A DNA stretch of 34,899 nt from contig CAYSWQ010000007.1 in assembly GCA_964434885.1 (NCBI GenBank), forward strand, positions 1 to 34,899. Reading direction: 5' to 3'. The notes under the pieces were generated by a model. It had not been told where the DNA came from. It ran no database searches and saw only the letters and a program-made list of their open reading frames with translations. Each line of letters starts with the position of its first letter. Positions within the stretch are counted from its first letter, which is position 1. Below are positions 18,312 to 28,631 of the stretch, one piece after another. This DNA comes from an uncultured Methanosarcinales archaeon. Its GTDB lineage: Archaea; Nanobdellota; Nanobdellia; Woesearchaeales; GW2011-AR9. Made by a program: the position numbers and the translations under genes.

Positions 18312-18926
18312 ATGGGTGAAGAGGTTTATAGGATTTGTCTAATGGGTACCCAAGGTACTGGAAAGTCCGCCCTAGCTGGCTCTATTGCTGGTTTACTTAA
18401 AGAAAGAGATGTTGAAACAATTGCTCTAGGTGAAAAATCTCAAGCTGCCAGAAAAATCGGCCTTAATATCAATGAAAACACAGATCCCCATACTCAACTT
18501 TGGCTTCTACATCAAACTTTTGCCGATGTAATTGATCATTCTGTAAGAAGACCTGGTTGCGATTATGATTGTTCAGTTAGTGATCGTGGACCAGACAATT
18601 ATGCTTATCTTAAACGAGCCCATGGAGAAAATTTTTATGCCTTGGGTATGGTAATTGGACATTTACAACAATTTCCTTATCATCAATCTTATTTATTACC
18701 TATTGTCGACGAAGAAGTTAATGAAAATAATACTCGCTCTGCAGATAAAGAATTTCAATTAACTATGGATAAAGAAATTCGTCGTTTTTTGCACGATCTC
18801 CGCTTAACTTATATCGAACTACCTAAACCTCAAGAAGACGACACATTTCGAAATGAATGGAAAAAAATAATAATCAATCAAACTTTAAAAGATTTGAAAA
18901 GACCTGAAGAATACTTCATTAAATAA
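18312..18926 (+). CDS. P-loop NTPase / nucleotide kinase-like (NadR/AAA_28-like)
   Basis: GTQGTGKS Walker A; SDRG..DN.AY motif; R...F..D lid segment; ATG 18312 preferred over TTG 18300. Confidence 0.75.
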   Translation: MGEEVYRICLMGTQGTGKSALAGSIAGLLKERDVETIALGEKSQAARKIGLNINENTDPHTQLWLLHQTFADVIDHSVRRPGCDYDCSVSDRGPDNYAYLKRAHGENFYALGMVIGHLQQFPYHQSYLLPIVDEEVNENNTRSADKEFQLTMDKEIRRFLHDLRLTYIELPKPQEDDTFRNEWKKIIINQTLKDLKRPEEYFIK

Positions 18927-18927
18927 A

Positions 18928-19545
18928 ATGTCAAAAAAAGGACAAATCCATGTTTACACTGGTGATGGAAAAGGTAAAACTACTGCTTCATTAGGTTTAG
19001 CATTAAGAGCAGTCGGACAAGGTTTCAAAGTTTTTATTGTTCAATTTATGAAAGGTGGAGCGTATACTGGAGAATTCATTTCTGCTAAAAATTTTTTACC
19101 CAATTTAAATTTGATTCAATTTGGTCGTCCTTGTTTAAAACAACAAAAACAATTAAAACTTAGCAATATTGATTTAGAAAACCCTCACTTTGATTTTATC
19201 CGTGATGAAATTGATTGTGGAAGCTGCCGTTATTGTTTTTTAAATGACGATATTCAAAGAGATTATATTGAAGAAGCTTTCAAAAAAGCCCTAGAAGTAG
19301 TTATGAATGGTCACCATGATTTAGTAATTTTAGATGAAATTTGTGGGGCCATGAGTTTAGGTTTCTTAAATTCAGAACTAGTTCTAGGAATGATGGCCAA
19401 CAAACCAAAACACGTAGAATTAGTTTTAACTGGTAGAAATGTACCAGATGAAATAATCCATGAAGCTGACCTAGTTACAGAGATGAAACTCCACAAACAC
19501 TATTATGATAAAGGAGTTTTAGCTAGAAAAGGAATTGAATACTAA
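18928..19545 (+). CDS. btuR: ATP:corrinoid adenosyltransferase (CobA/CobO/BtuR family)
   Basis: YTGDGKGKTTA, QFMKG, LVILDE, LVLTGR, ADLVTEM, KH.Y..G..ARKGIEY. Confidence 0.93.
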   Translation: MSKKGQIHVYTGDGKGKTTASLGLALRAVGQGFKVFIVQFMKGGAYTGEFISAKNFLPNLNLIQFGRPCLKQQKQLKLSNIDLENPHFDFIRDEIDCGSCRYCFLNDDIQRDYIEEAFKKALEVVMNGHHDLVILDEICGAMSLGFLNSELVLGMMANKPKHVELVLTGRNVPDEIIHEADLVTEMKLHKHYYDKGVLARKGIEY

Positions 19546-19620
19546 ATTTATACTTTTTAATTATAGAAAACCATATAAATTAAATTCATTTTCTAACTAA
19601 TATCAAATGAGGTGATTATT

Positions 19621-20178
19621 ATGAAAGAATTAGAATTATTAAAAGAAAAACTTAATGTTGCCATTTCTAGAATAGGGGCCCAATATCATTATTTGACTGA
19701 AGTTATTAGATTATTAGAAAAAACCGAAAGTGAACCTGCTTCAGAAGCTATAAAAGACGTCAAAGAAGCTCTAATCGATCTTCGTAATGTTGGTCGAGAT
19801 GAAACCAAAGTTTTTCGAGCAGAAGAAAAAATTGTCAGTGTTCTAAAAGAATTAAAAAAAATATTACCTAAAATTGAACAAGAAAAGGCACAGGAATTAA
19901 TTGACCACTTAGAACCAATCGAAAGAAAAATATTGAAAGCCGTTTCTATATTTACTGGTCAAATCAAAAAAGAATTAGAAGATATTCAAGTAGATGAGAG
20001 GATGTTAGAACATTTTACTGATCCTAATAAAAAAGAAAAAATAACTAGAAGACTAAAAGATGAAATCAAAACTGCTGAACAAAATGTCCAAAAAATAATA
20101 ACTTGGTTACAAGGAGAAGGGGCAGTATTAAAACACATTCAAGGCTTTGAAGAAAGTCTAGAAAAAATGGCTGCTTGA
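19621..20178 (+). CDS. Helical/coiled-coil hypothetical protein
   Basis: E/K-rich helical ORF; GAGGTG SD at 19609-19614 favours ATG 19621. Confidence 0.7.
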   Translation: MKELELLKEKLNVAISRIGAQYHYLTEVIRLLEKTESEPASEAIKDVKEALIDLRNVGRDETKVFRAEEKIVSVLKELKKILPKIEQEKAQELIDHLEPIERKILKAVSIFTGQIKKELEDIQVDERMLEHFTDPNKKEKITRRLKDEIKTAEQNVQKIITWLQGEGAVLKHIQGFEESLEKMAA

Positions 20179-20211
20179 TTTTATTTATTTTTTTTAATTT
20201 GGTGATAGACA

Positions 20212-20838
20212 ATGAATCTTAGATGCTTAGAACCTGGAACTTTACATCTCATTACTGGAGGGATGAAAGGTAAAAAAACCCCTAAGTTTTTGTATTATTT
20301 TGATCAATTACAATACACAGATAAACCAAACCAACTATTCAAACCAAAATGCGATCAAAGATCAGAATTACATGATCAGTTCAATTTTCCTAGCCACTAC
20401 ATCGTTTCTAGAACTGGAATGGGTTTACCCTCCACTGAAATTGATGATACAAAACCCCAAGAAATTTGGGAAAAACTAGATTATAATGCTGCCATAATTG
20501 GAATTGAAGAAGTAACTCTTTTTGATCAAAGAGAAGAATTAGCCCAAATAATTCTAACTCTTATGAAAGAAGGAAAATGTGTAGTAGCTAGTGGTTTAGA
20601 TAAAGATTTTCGAGGAGAGCCTTTCGATCCAATGCCTTTATTGATGACTTACGCCACAACCATAGATAAAAACTATGGAATTTGTGATATTCCAGAATGT
20701 AATAATTTAGGAGAATATTCACAAAGAATTATTGATGGCAAACCTGCACCCTATGATTCTCCAATTAAATTAGTTGGTGCTTCTGAAGCTTATGAAATTC
20801 GCTGCTTAAAACATCATGAAGTACCTGGAAAACCATAA
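20212..20838 (+). CDS. tdk: Thymidine kinase (type II), divergent motifs
   Basis: FKP..D.R, IVSRTG, SGLDKDFRGEPF, C..EC, SQR, VGASEAYE.RC..H; P-loop atypical (TGGMKGKKT). Confidence 0.85.
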   Translation: MNLRCLEPGTLHLITGGMKGKKTPKFLYYFDQLQYTDKPNQLFKPKCDQRSELHDQFNFPSHYIVSRTGMGLPSTEIDDTKPQEIWEKLDYNAAIIGIEEVTLFDQREELAQIILTLMKEGKCVVASGLDKDFRGEPFDPMPLLMTYATTIDKNYGICDIPECNNLGEYSQRIIDGKPAPYDSPIKLVGASEAYEIRCLKHHEVPGKP

Positions 20839-20904
20839 ATCAAGTTTCTAATATCTAAATTCCAGACGATATAAAACTATAAACAAAAAGATAGTCTAAA
20901 TCTC

Positions 20905-23304
20905 ATGCTCCTTAAATCATTAAAGTTAAAAAATATTCGTTCTTACACTAAACAAGAGATAACTTTCCCAGAAAATTCTACTCTTCTTTCTGGGGATATT
21001 GGTTCTGGTAAATCAACCCTCTTACTAGCTATTGAATTTGCATTATTTGGAATCTGCAAACCAGATTTAACAGGAGAAACTTTACTTAGAAAAGGAACTA
21101 CTTCCGGAACAGTTGAATTAACTTTCAATTTAGAAGGTAAAGAAATAACTATCCAAAGAAATTTAAAAAAAGGGAAAGATCGCATTTCCCAAGGAGCTGG
21201 ATACTTAATTATTAACAATCTTCGTAAAGATCTAACCCCAATTGAATTAAAAACTGAAATTATCAATCATCTTAATTACCCAGAAGAACTAATCACTAAA
21301 AATAAAAATTATATTTTTCGCTACACTCTTTATTGTCCACAAGAAGAAATGAAACAAATTCTACAAGAAAATCCAGATAATCGTTTAGATATTTTAAGAA
21401 AAATTTTCAACTTAGATAAATATAAAAAAATAAGAGAAAATCTCTTTCATTATTTAAAAAAAATAAGAATCCAAACCACTATTCTAAAAACCAGAATCGA
21501 ACCATTAGATCAAAAAAACACAACTTTAATTGAATTAGAAAAACAACAACTAATTCATCAAAATAATTTAGATCAATTATCTCCCAAAATAGAAAAAATA
21601 AACACTAATATCTCTATCAACAAAAAACAGCTTCTTGAAATTGAACAAAAAAACCAAACTCATCTTCAAATAAAAAACAAAATAGAAAACAACAATAACT
21701 TACTAAAAGAAAAACAAAATTTACAAATCACTTTCTTAGAAAAACAAAAAGAGTTAAATACAAAGCTAAATGAAATACAAATCTCTGATTCTCAAGAAAA
21801 AATAACCCAAGATATTAACATTTTACAAAAACAAAAACAAGAATATATTACTACAGAATCGAAATTAAAAACCAAAATAAATCATTGCCAAGAAAAAGTT
21901 ACTATCTTACAACAAGAAATATCTGCCTTAAGTGAACAAACTAAAGATCAAGAACAAAAAGAAAAAACAATCCATCAGCTAAAACAAGATCTTCTTGAAA
22001 AAGAACAAATCAAAATAAAAAAAGAAAAACAAGAAATTGAATTAAATGAAATAAATCAAAAAATAACTCAATTAAAAATATTGTTATCTCAAGCTCAAGA
22101 AATCAATAAAAAAATCTCTCATTTAGATGAATGTCCTACTTGTTTACAAGATGTTCCCGATAATTACAAAAACCAAGTATTAGCTAAACAAAAAAACCTA
22201 GAACTACAAACTCAAGAAAAAATCAATCAATTAACCACTGAACTAAATCAAAAACAAGAAAATAGGAAGAGATTAACCCAACAATATGAATCCATTTTAC
22301 AAAAAGAAAATTTATTAATCAAAAATCAAACTGAATATGAAAACACTAAAGAAAAGCAAACAACTTTAAAATTAAAAAAATCACAACTACAAAATTTAGT
22401 TATTGAAAATAATCAACTAATTCAAGAATTAGAAAAATTGAAACCAGAAGAGTGGGAAAAAATATCTCTTTCTTTAGATGAGAAACAAAAGCTCTTGCAA
22501 AAAGTAATTCAAAAACAAGAAGCTCAAAAAAACCTCAACTCTATTTTCAACCAAATAGTAGAAAACGAAGAGAAAATTGAAAGTCTAATAAGAGAAAAAG
22601 AAGAACTAAAAAAACAACTCCTTTCTTATCCTGAATTAACCAATCAAATCCAAGAACAAAAACAAATTCTTGAAAAAATGTTACAAGAAGAAAAGATTCT
22701 CCTGGCAGAAAAAACTAAACTAACTACCCAAAATCAAACTTTTTTCAATCAAATAAACGAATTGAAAAAAGAAATTGACCTCTTAAACACACATCAAAAC
22801 AACCTAAATAAATTGAAAAAAATCAATCATTGGCTTGATGAATACTTAGTTAAACTTACATATACCATAGAAAAACAAGTTTTAATCAAAATTCATCATT
22901 TATTCGATAGTATCTTCAAAGAATGGTTTTCAATTTTAATGGAAGACGAGAACTTCTCAGCCAGATTAGATGATTCTTTTACCCCAATTATCGAACAAAA
23001 TGGCTACGAAATATCATTTAATAATCTATCTGGTGGCGAAAGAACTGCTGCTTCTCTTTCTTATCGTTTAGCATTAAACAAAGTCATCAACGATGTAATC
23101 TATGAAATCAAAACCAAAAACCTACTTATTTTGGATGAACCTACGGATGGTTTTTCTTCCGAACAATTAGATAAAGTCAGAGATGTGTTAGAAAGATTAA
23201 ACCTTCAACAAACTTTAGTTGTTTCTCATGAAAACAAAATTGAAAGCTTTGTAGAAAACGTAATTAGAATTAATAAACAAGAAGGTGTTAGTGTTATTAT
23301 TTGA
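20905..23304 (+). CDS. rad50: Rad50/SbcC-type SMC ATPase
   Basis: GDIGSGKS Walker A, PQEE Q-loop, coiled coils with CPTC zinc hook, LSGGE signature, LDEPT Walker B, VSH. Confidence 0.92.
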   Translation: MLLKSLKLKNIRSYTKQEITFPENSTLLSGDIGSGKSTLLLAIEFALFGICKPDLTGETLLRKGTTSGTVELTFNLEGKEITIQRNLKKGKDRISQGAGYLIINNLRKDLTPIELKTEIINHLNYPEELITKNKNYIFRYTLYCPQEEMKQILQENPDNRLDILRKIFNLDKYKKIRENLFHYLKKIRIQTTILKTRIEPLDQKNTTLIELEKQQLIHQNNLDQLSPKIEKINTNISINKKQLLEIEQKNQTHLQIKNKIENNNNLLKEKQNLQITFLEKQKELNTKLNEIQISDSQEKITQDINILQKQKQEYITTESKLKTKINHCQEKVTILQQEISALSEQTKDQEQKEKTIHQLKQDLLEKEQIKIKKEKQEIELNEINQKITQLKILLSQAQEINKKISHLDECPTCLQDVPDNYKNQVLAKQKNLELQTQEKINQLTTELNQKQENRKRLTQQYESILQKENLLIKNQTEYENTKEKQTTLKLKKSQLQNLVIENNQLIQELEKLKPEEWEKISLSLDEKQKLLQKVIQKQEAQKNLNSIFNQIVENEEKIESLIREKEELKKQLLSYPELTNQIQEQKQILEKMLQEEKILLAEKTKLTTQNQTFFNQINELKKEIDLLNTHQNNLNKLKKINHWLDEYLVKLTYTIEKQVLIKIHHLFDSIFKEWFSILMEDENFSARLDDSFTPIIEQNGYEISFNNLSGGERTAASLSYRLALNKVINDVIYEIKTKNLLILDEPTDGFSSEQLDKVRDVLERLNLQQTLVVSHENKIESFVENVIRINKQEGVSVII

Positions 23305-23372
23305 TTAATGTTGCACAATATATATTTTAGTCAAGAGAAATCTTTTAAAACCATTTGCCAGCAATTCATTAC

Positions 23373-23699
23373 ATGAGAGACGGTCATACTTCAACAGAAA
23401 ATCAAATACCTCCAACTCCCACCCAAATTATTAAACTTGAAAAATCAGTTAAAATTTTAGCCGAGATATATTTTCGACCTCCAGGAGCTAAATCTACTCA
23501 AGCTTATTTAATTGGAGAAGACGGATTACTTTACAATTATGTCGGAGGTCATAATCACACTGTCCGCCCATTTAGCCAAAATAGTAATTTGAGATACGAT
23601 TGTAGTGCAGAAGAGGTCAATTCCATGATTTATTATAGTAAAATAAAATATCGTGGAGATAAAAAACACACTACCAATCCAGGTTATGATAAAAAATAA
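23373..23699 (+). CDS. Hypothetical protein
   Basis: ORF with TATA-like TTTTAAAA (23343-23350) 22 nt before ATG 23373; stop abuts the convergent gene. Confidence 0.55.
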   Translation: MRDGHTSTENQIPPTPTQIIKLEKSVKILAEIYFRPPGAKSTQAYLIGEDGLLYNYVGGHNHTVRPFSQNSNLRYDCSAEEVNSMIYYSKIKYRGDKKHTTNPGYDKK

Positions 23700-24521
23700 T
23701 CACACCACTTTCTCAAAAGCTTTCATCGCTACTTCTATCTGCTTATTATCTGGTTCTTTGGTGGTGATTCTTTGTAATGTCATTCCTGGCCAAATTAAAA
23801 AACTAATCCAAAATCTACCTTTAAAACGATTTTCCAACTTCAAAATTTCATAACTAACTCCTGCAATTACTGGAATTAATACAAGTTTCCAAGCAATTCT
23901 CCACCAACCAACTGTCACAAAAGAAAAAACAATAATTGAAATAATCAGTACAATAAAAATAAAAGATGTTCCACAACGCACATGTTGAGTAGAAAATTTT
24001 TTCACATTTTCCAAAGTAACTTTCTTACCCATTTCATAACAATTAACTACCTTATGTTCTGCTCCATGATATTGGAATAATCTTTTGACATCTTTAGAAA
24101 AACTAATTACTAACAAATAACCTAAAAATAAACCTACTCTAAACAAACCTTCAATCAAACTAAATAAAATTCCTTTTCCCACAATAAATTTAGTTGCTAA
24201 AAAAGGTAATCCCAAAAACAAAACCAATCCAAAAAGTAAAGAAATAATCAAAGTAATAGTCATCTCTCCTTTCTTAATCTTTTCTTCTTTCTCTAAATTC
24301 TGATTAGAACTCCACATCAAAGCTCCCATCCCAGTAATTAAACTATCAATTAATGAGTAAGTTCCTCTCAAAAAAGGTAATTTAAAAAATTTAGAAACCT
24401 TCTTATTTTTCTTAACTTTAACTTTAATCTCATTAGTCTTCAGAATTCTTACTGCAGTAGCGGTTCTTTTCTCTGATTTAAACATCACTCCTTCCATTAC
24501 TGCTTGTCCACCAACATTCAT
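23700..24521 (-). CDS. DUF1385 (YqhQ-like) membrane protein
   Basis: VGGQAVMEGVM, PFLRG, FQYHGAEHK, H.RCGTSF, LQRITTKEP. Confidence 0.92.
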   Translation of the reverse strand: MNVGGQAVMEGVMFKSEKRTATAVRILKTNEIKVKVKKNKKVSKFFKLPFLRGTYSLIDSLITGMGALMWSSNQNLEKEEKIKKGEMTITLIISLLFGLVLFLGLPFLATKFIVGKGILFSLIEGLFRVGLFLGYLLVISFSKDVKRLFQYHGAEHKVVNCYEMGKKVTLENVKKFSTQHVRCGTSFIFIVLIISIIVFSFVTVGWWRIAWKLVLIPVIAGVSYEILKLENRFKGRFWISFLIWPGMTLQRITTKEPDNKQIEVAMKAFEKVV

Positions 24522-24569
24522 AGCAGTAAGAAAAACAAATTAGTTTATAATACTTTTTAGAAAATACAG

Positions 24570-27050
24570 TTAAAACCACTCTCCTAATCCCTTCTGTTCC
24601 CTTTCTTTCAATATATCTTCTTCTTTATATCCCAAAACCAAAAAGATAGAATTAACTGCTGGAATTATTTGATTCTTAACATAATAATCTACATCATAAT
24701 CTTTTTCTCCTAATTCTTCCACCAGTTTAGCCCTTTCTCGAACTAAACCAGAACCTTTTCCCACGACAAAAGAAATTAATGTACCTGGAACAACTTCATA
24801 ACCTTTTTGTATCATCCTCTTAGCTACTGCTACATGTGGACCAATACTTTCATAAGCTTCAATCGGCCTAGTTAATTGTGTTTTAATTACTAATTTATCA
24901 ACTTCCACTTCCCCTTTCTTCAATTTACTAACTATTTCTCGAACATATTCCAACGCCTTCTGAACATCATTCTGCATTAAAACTATCTTCAAAACTTTAT
25001 CTTGTGTCTCTTTAGCAATTTTACTCCAATTACGGCGAATCGATTCAAAACCAATCACTTTCATCTTTTCTCCATCATACAAAGCGTATTTCTTCTTCGC
25101 CCCATAAGCTCCCCCTTTCGCTGCTACAAAAATACCTCTTTCATTTAGTCCTTCAAATTCTAATTCCATGAATTCAGGTAAAGTTTGATTTACTTCGTCC
25201 ATAAAAGTAAAAGCTTCTTCTTTCGATTTATCACCTAATAAAATCATCAAACTATCTGTATCTCCATAAATAATCTGAAAACCCTTTTCCTCTGCTTTTG
25301 CCATTGTCTTCTTAATATAATCTCGAGCATAAGCTGTAATCGACCTAACACATTCTAAACAATACCATCGCGCTCCAAAAAAACCCATATATCCATAAAA
25401 AGAATTAGCTACGGTCTTTAACCCATAACTTCTTGCTTCCAACAAAGCAGTATCTTCTTTTTTCTGTCTCTTCACTTTAATCATTTCTTTGATTCTCATT
25501 CTTCGAGAAATCAAATCTTCAACTATTCGAGAGAAAAAACTTTTTTTCTTCCGACAGAACCAATAATCTTTTCCAGGAACTTTTTCCATCTCTTCACAAC
25601 AACTACAATTCAATGTATCTGGTCCAATATTATGGGCAGCAATAATTGTTGGATATAGAGAACGAAAATCAAAAACAGCTAAATTTTCATAAACCCCTGG
25701 TTTTGGCTCGTAAACAAAAGCCCCCATGTAAGATTGACCACGACGCCATTCTATCTCACTATGGCCAGGTTTATTAGTAGCTAATAAATTACTTTCCTTA
25801 CTCCTCTTCAAAATATAATTCTCAACCAATCGCCCAAAACTCATTCTATTAACATCAAAAAGAGGCAGCCCCACTAATTTAACTAATTCCAACATATTTG
25901 GCATTAACTTAACACACAATTCATAAGTCATGTAAGCATCATGTAAATTATATTTGCAAAATTCTTCTAATTCTTCTGGACGAGAATCCCAAACTTTAGC
26001 TAAATTATCTAAATTAACGTCATGTTTCCGATGTCCTAATAATTCATTAGCCACTGCATCTAAAGAATAACTTTCAGTTTCCATTCCCCTACCAGCTATA
26101 CGCCGAACAAACTTAAAAACATCAACATGAACCATTCCCACAATTTTACCTACTGCTTGGTTTCCTTTCTTTGTCATCAAATTAGAATAATCTGCCCCCA
26201 AATCTAATTTTAATTTGTATACTTCTGCTCTTTTCTGCAAATATGGCAAATCAAACCCATCAGAAAAATATCCAGTTAAAATATCTGGTTTATATTTTTC
26301 TAACATTTCTTTAAAACGACGTATCAATTTCTCTTCACTATCTACAAATTCAATGTAATCTACATCAGTCTTAAATCGCTTCCAAGTAATCACTTTTTTG
26401 AAAGGTGTTTCTTCAATTTCTCCAGTTTCTTTGTTTTTTACTTTTTGTAAGCCATAAAATGCCAACATTAAAACTGGATTCTTTTCTGGAACAATCGCCC
26501 TGCTTTTCGCATAAGTTTCAATGTCAAAAGCCATAATCCTCAAATCTTGAAACATCTCTCCACTTTTTGCTTCAACTTTATTAGCTAAAAAAACAGGAAC
26601 TCGATTTTTCTCTTTAATAAAATCTCCTTCACTTGTACTCAATGCCAAAGGGGTAATCTCCAAATCTCTCAAATATTGATAAATATACAAAATATCATAT
26701 TCAAAACATTTTAATCCAGATTCGTAAATCTTTTTTGCCAATTGTCTTTTAGCAGCCGGATTATTAACATAAACTTTAATCAACTTAATTTTTTTATTGT
26801 CAATTTCTCTTTCCACTTCTTCTGTTTTAATTACTTTCAGAATTTTTTTTCTAAATTCAATTTCTAATCTTTCAATCTCTTCTCTCAATAATCTAACTTC
26901 TCCCCTGGCTTCAACATAAAAATAAGGTAAAAATGAATTAACTACACAAATCTGCTTACCTTCTGTAGTAATCCCATAAAGATACACTGAACTACCTTCC
27001 GTCGTAGTTTTATAACTAATATCTAATGGATAAAAATCAACACTTGCCAT
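24570..27050 (-). CDS. polB: Family B DNA polymerase with 3'-5' exonuclease
   Basis: FDIET, FDLPYL, YNLHD, DFRSLYP, K..ANSFYG, YGDTDS, KKKYA, C-terminal PIP box QKGLGEWF. Confidence 0.97.
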   Translation of the reverse strand: MASVDFYPLDISYKTTTEGSSVYLYGITTEGKQICVVNSFLPYFYVEARGEVRLLREEIERLEIEFRKKILKVIKTEEVEREIDNKKIKLIKVYVNNPAAKRQLAKKIYESGLKCFEYDILYIYQYLRDLEITPLALSTSEGDFIKEKNRVPVFLANKVEAKSGEMFQDLRIMAFDIETYAKSRAIVPEKNPVLMLAFYGLQKVKNKETGEIEETPFKKVITWKRFKTDVDYIEFVDSEEKLIRRFKEMLEKYKPDILTGYFSDGFDLPYLQKRAEVYKLKLDLGADYSNLMTKKGNQAVGKIVGMVHVDVFKFVRRIAGRGMETESYSLDAVANELLGHRKHDVNLDNLAKVWDSRPEELEEFCKYNLHDAYMTYELCVKLMPNMLELVKLVGLPLFDVNRMSFGRLVENYILKRSKESNLLATNKPGHSEIEWRRGQSYMGAFVYEPKPGVYENLAVFDFRSLYPTIIAAHNIGPDTLNCSCCEEMEKVPGKDYWFCRKKKSFFSRIVEDLISRRMRIKEMIKVKRQKKEDTALLEARSYGLKTVANSFYGYMGFFGARWYCLECVRSITAYARDYIKKTMAKAEEKGFQIIYGDTDSLMILLGDKSKEEAFTFMDEVNQTLPEFMELEFEGLNERGIFVAAKGGAYGAKKKYALYDGEKMKVIGFESIRRNWSKIAKETQDKVLKIVLMQNDVQKALEYVREIVSKLKKGEVEVDKLVIKTQLTRPIEAYESIGPHVAVAKRMIQKGYEVVPGTLISFVVGKGSGLVRERAKLVEELGEKDYDVDYYVKNQIIPAVNSIFLVLGYKEEDILKEREQKGLGEWF

Positions 27051-27115
27051 AGATTACTCTTAGAATCGATATTATTTAAAGATTTATGGTTTTAAGTTGT
27101 TTTATTCCACAAATA

Positions 27116-27655
27116 TCAAGGTACTCTCTTCAACTGCTTAACCATGTAGTTCTCTTCGCCATCTGCAGTCTTCTCTTTTTCCAAAACCACTTCTGTTTTC
27201 CCAGACTTAACTACTTTCTTCTTTTCATCTGCTCCTAAAACCAAATTACCTAAATCATCTTTCAAAGCAGAAAACGCTTTATCTGCTTCTCCTTCCATTA
27301 ATTGTAAAGGTTTCCATTGTAAATCTAAACCATCATTCTCTTTACGAGGGATAATATCAACTGAAAAATGAGGTACTTTTTGTCCTCCTGCCGTTCCATT
27401 CTGAACTATAATGTTTGTTCCTTGTACGCCTAAACTTTCAAATAACGCAATACTTAATTTATTCGCAATCTTAAATAAATGTCCAGTTAATGATTCTGAA
27501 GCTAATTCCAAAATAGTTAAATGTTCTTTTGGAAAAATAGAAACTGTTCCAGGTAATGGAGCCAAATCTTTGATTACAGCAATAACTTGATCATCTTCAT
27601 AAACTACATCGTCCCGGATTTCCTTTTTCGCAATCTCACAATAGTCGCATTTCAT
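27116..27655 (-). CDS. HIT-fold protein, degenerate triad
   Basis: CDYC, VYEDD, PKEH, NG..GGQKVPHFSVDIIPR (HxHxH replaced by HxSxD). Confidence 0.85.
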   Translation of the reverse strand: MKCDYCEIAKKEIRDDVVYEDDQVIAVIKDLAPLPGTVSIFPKEHLTILELASESLTGHLFKIANKLSIALFESLGVQGTNIIVQNGTAGGQKVPHFSVDIIPRKENDGLDLQWKPLQLMEGEADKAFSALKDDLGNLVLGADEKKKVVKSGKTEVVLEKEKTADGEENYMVKQLKRVP

Positions 27656-27658
27656 CTT

Positions 27659-28573
27659 TTATTTGAACAAATTAGCAATATCATCTAAATCTGAATTGCC
27701 TGCATCTTCTTTTTTGTCTTCTTCTGTTTCAGATTCTTCAGCTTCCTCTTCTTTCTCTTCTTCGGATTCCTCTTCCTTTTCATCCGAATTTTCTTCTACA
27801 TCTTTCTCATCTTCCCCAACACCATCTTCTGGCTCATCAGAATCTTCTTTCACTTCTTCTACATCATCCCCACTTTTTTTCTCATCTTCTTCAACATCAT
27901 CTTCTTTCCCATCAGAATCGCCTTCTCCACCCAACTCTTCTTCAAGTTTTTTTTCTTCTTCAAACTCTGCTTCAACTATTTCTGATTCTGCTGGCTTTTC
28001 ATCAGAATCTTCTTTCTTTTCTTCAACATCACTTAATTTTTTCTGAACCAAAACTTTTTCTTTCTTAATTCCCATTAATTCATTCATTCTATTACCAACC
28101 AACTCCCCTGCTTTCTCTCTTTTTTCTAAAGGCACTAAATGTTCTGGTAACTTCAAAACTTCATCTCCTTCTTTTCGTGGAATAATATGGATCATAAAAT
28201 GTTGAGCTTTCTGACCAGCAGCCAAACCATTAGCTACAAAAAGATTTGTACCTTCTACTTTTAACGCCCTTAACATTGATTGTGAAATATGCTTTGCCAA
28301 AGTAAAAAGATAACTTAATTCAGAATCTGGAATCTGTGGCATAATTGCATAATGTTCTTTCGGCAACAACAAAACATGACCTATCGCTGCCGGATTAACA
28401 TCTAACACTGCAATTACTTTGTCATCTTCATAAACTTTCTTAGAAGGGATTTTCCCAGAAATAATCTGACAAAAAATACATTGTTGTTTCTGGAACTCTT
28501 TTAACTCCTCAGGAGACATGTTTTTAATCTTCTCCTCTAATTCTTTCCTTTGCTCTGGAGTCATCTGTTCCAT
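27659..28573 (-). CDS. HIT-fold protein with long acidic C-terminal tail, degenerate triad
   Basis: CIFC, VYEDD, LDVNP..GH.L.PKEH, NG.AAGQKAQHFMIHIIPR (HxMxH); ~120-aa D/E-rich tail. Confidence 0.88.
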   Translation of the reverse strand: MEQMTPEQRKELEEKIKNMSPEELKEFQKQQCIFCQIISGKIPSKKVYEDDKVIAVLDVNPAAIGHVLLLPKEHYAIMPQIPDSELSYLFTLAKHISQSMLRALKVEGTNLFVANGLAAGQKAQHFMIHIIPRKEGDEVLKLPEHLVPLEKREKAGELVGNRMNELMGIKKEKVLVQKKLSDVEEKKEDSDEKPAESEIVEAEFEEEKKLEEELGGEGDSDGKEDDVEEDEKKSGDDVEEVKEDSDEPEDGVGEDEKDVEENSDEKEEESEEEKEEEAEESETEEDKKEDAGNSDLDDIANLFK

Positions 28574-28631
28574 AAAACTAGTAATCCATCAGCTTTTATA
28601 AATTTAGTGCTTACCCAACATAACAAATTAA

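Noticed and set aside
16177..27050. Inteins or further BHB introns in nrdJ, rad50 or polB
   Set aside because: ORFs are uninterrupted, of expected length, and conserved motifs are contiguous.
27663..28046. Ser-rich plus-strand ORF and other antisense ORFs (e.g. 692-1183, 1382-1807, 16728-18174, 20943-21266, 29240-29748)
   Set aside because: Shadow frames of well-supported genes on the opposite strand.
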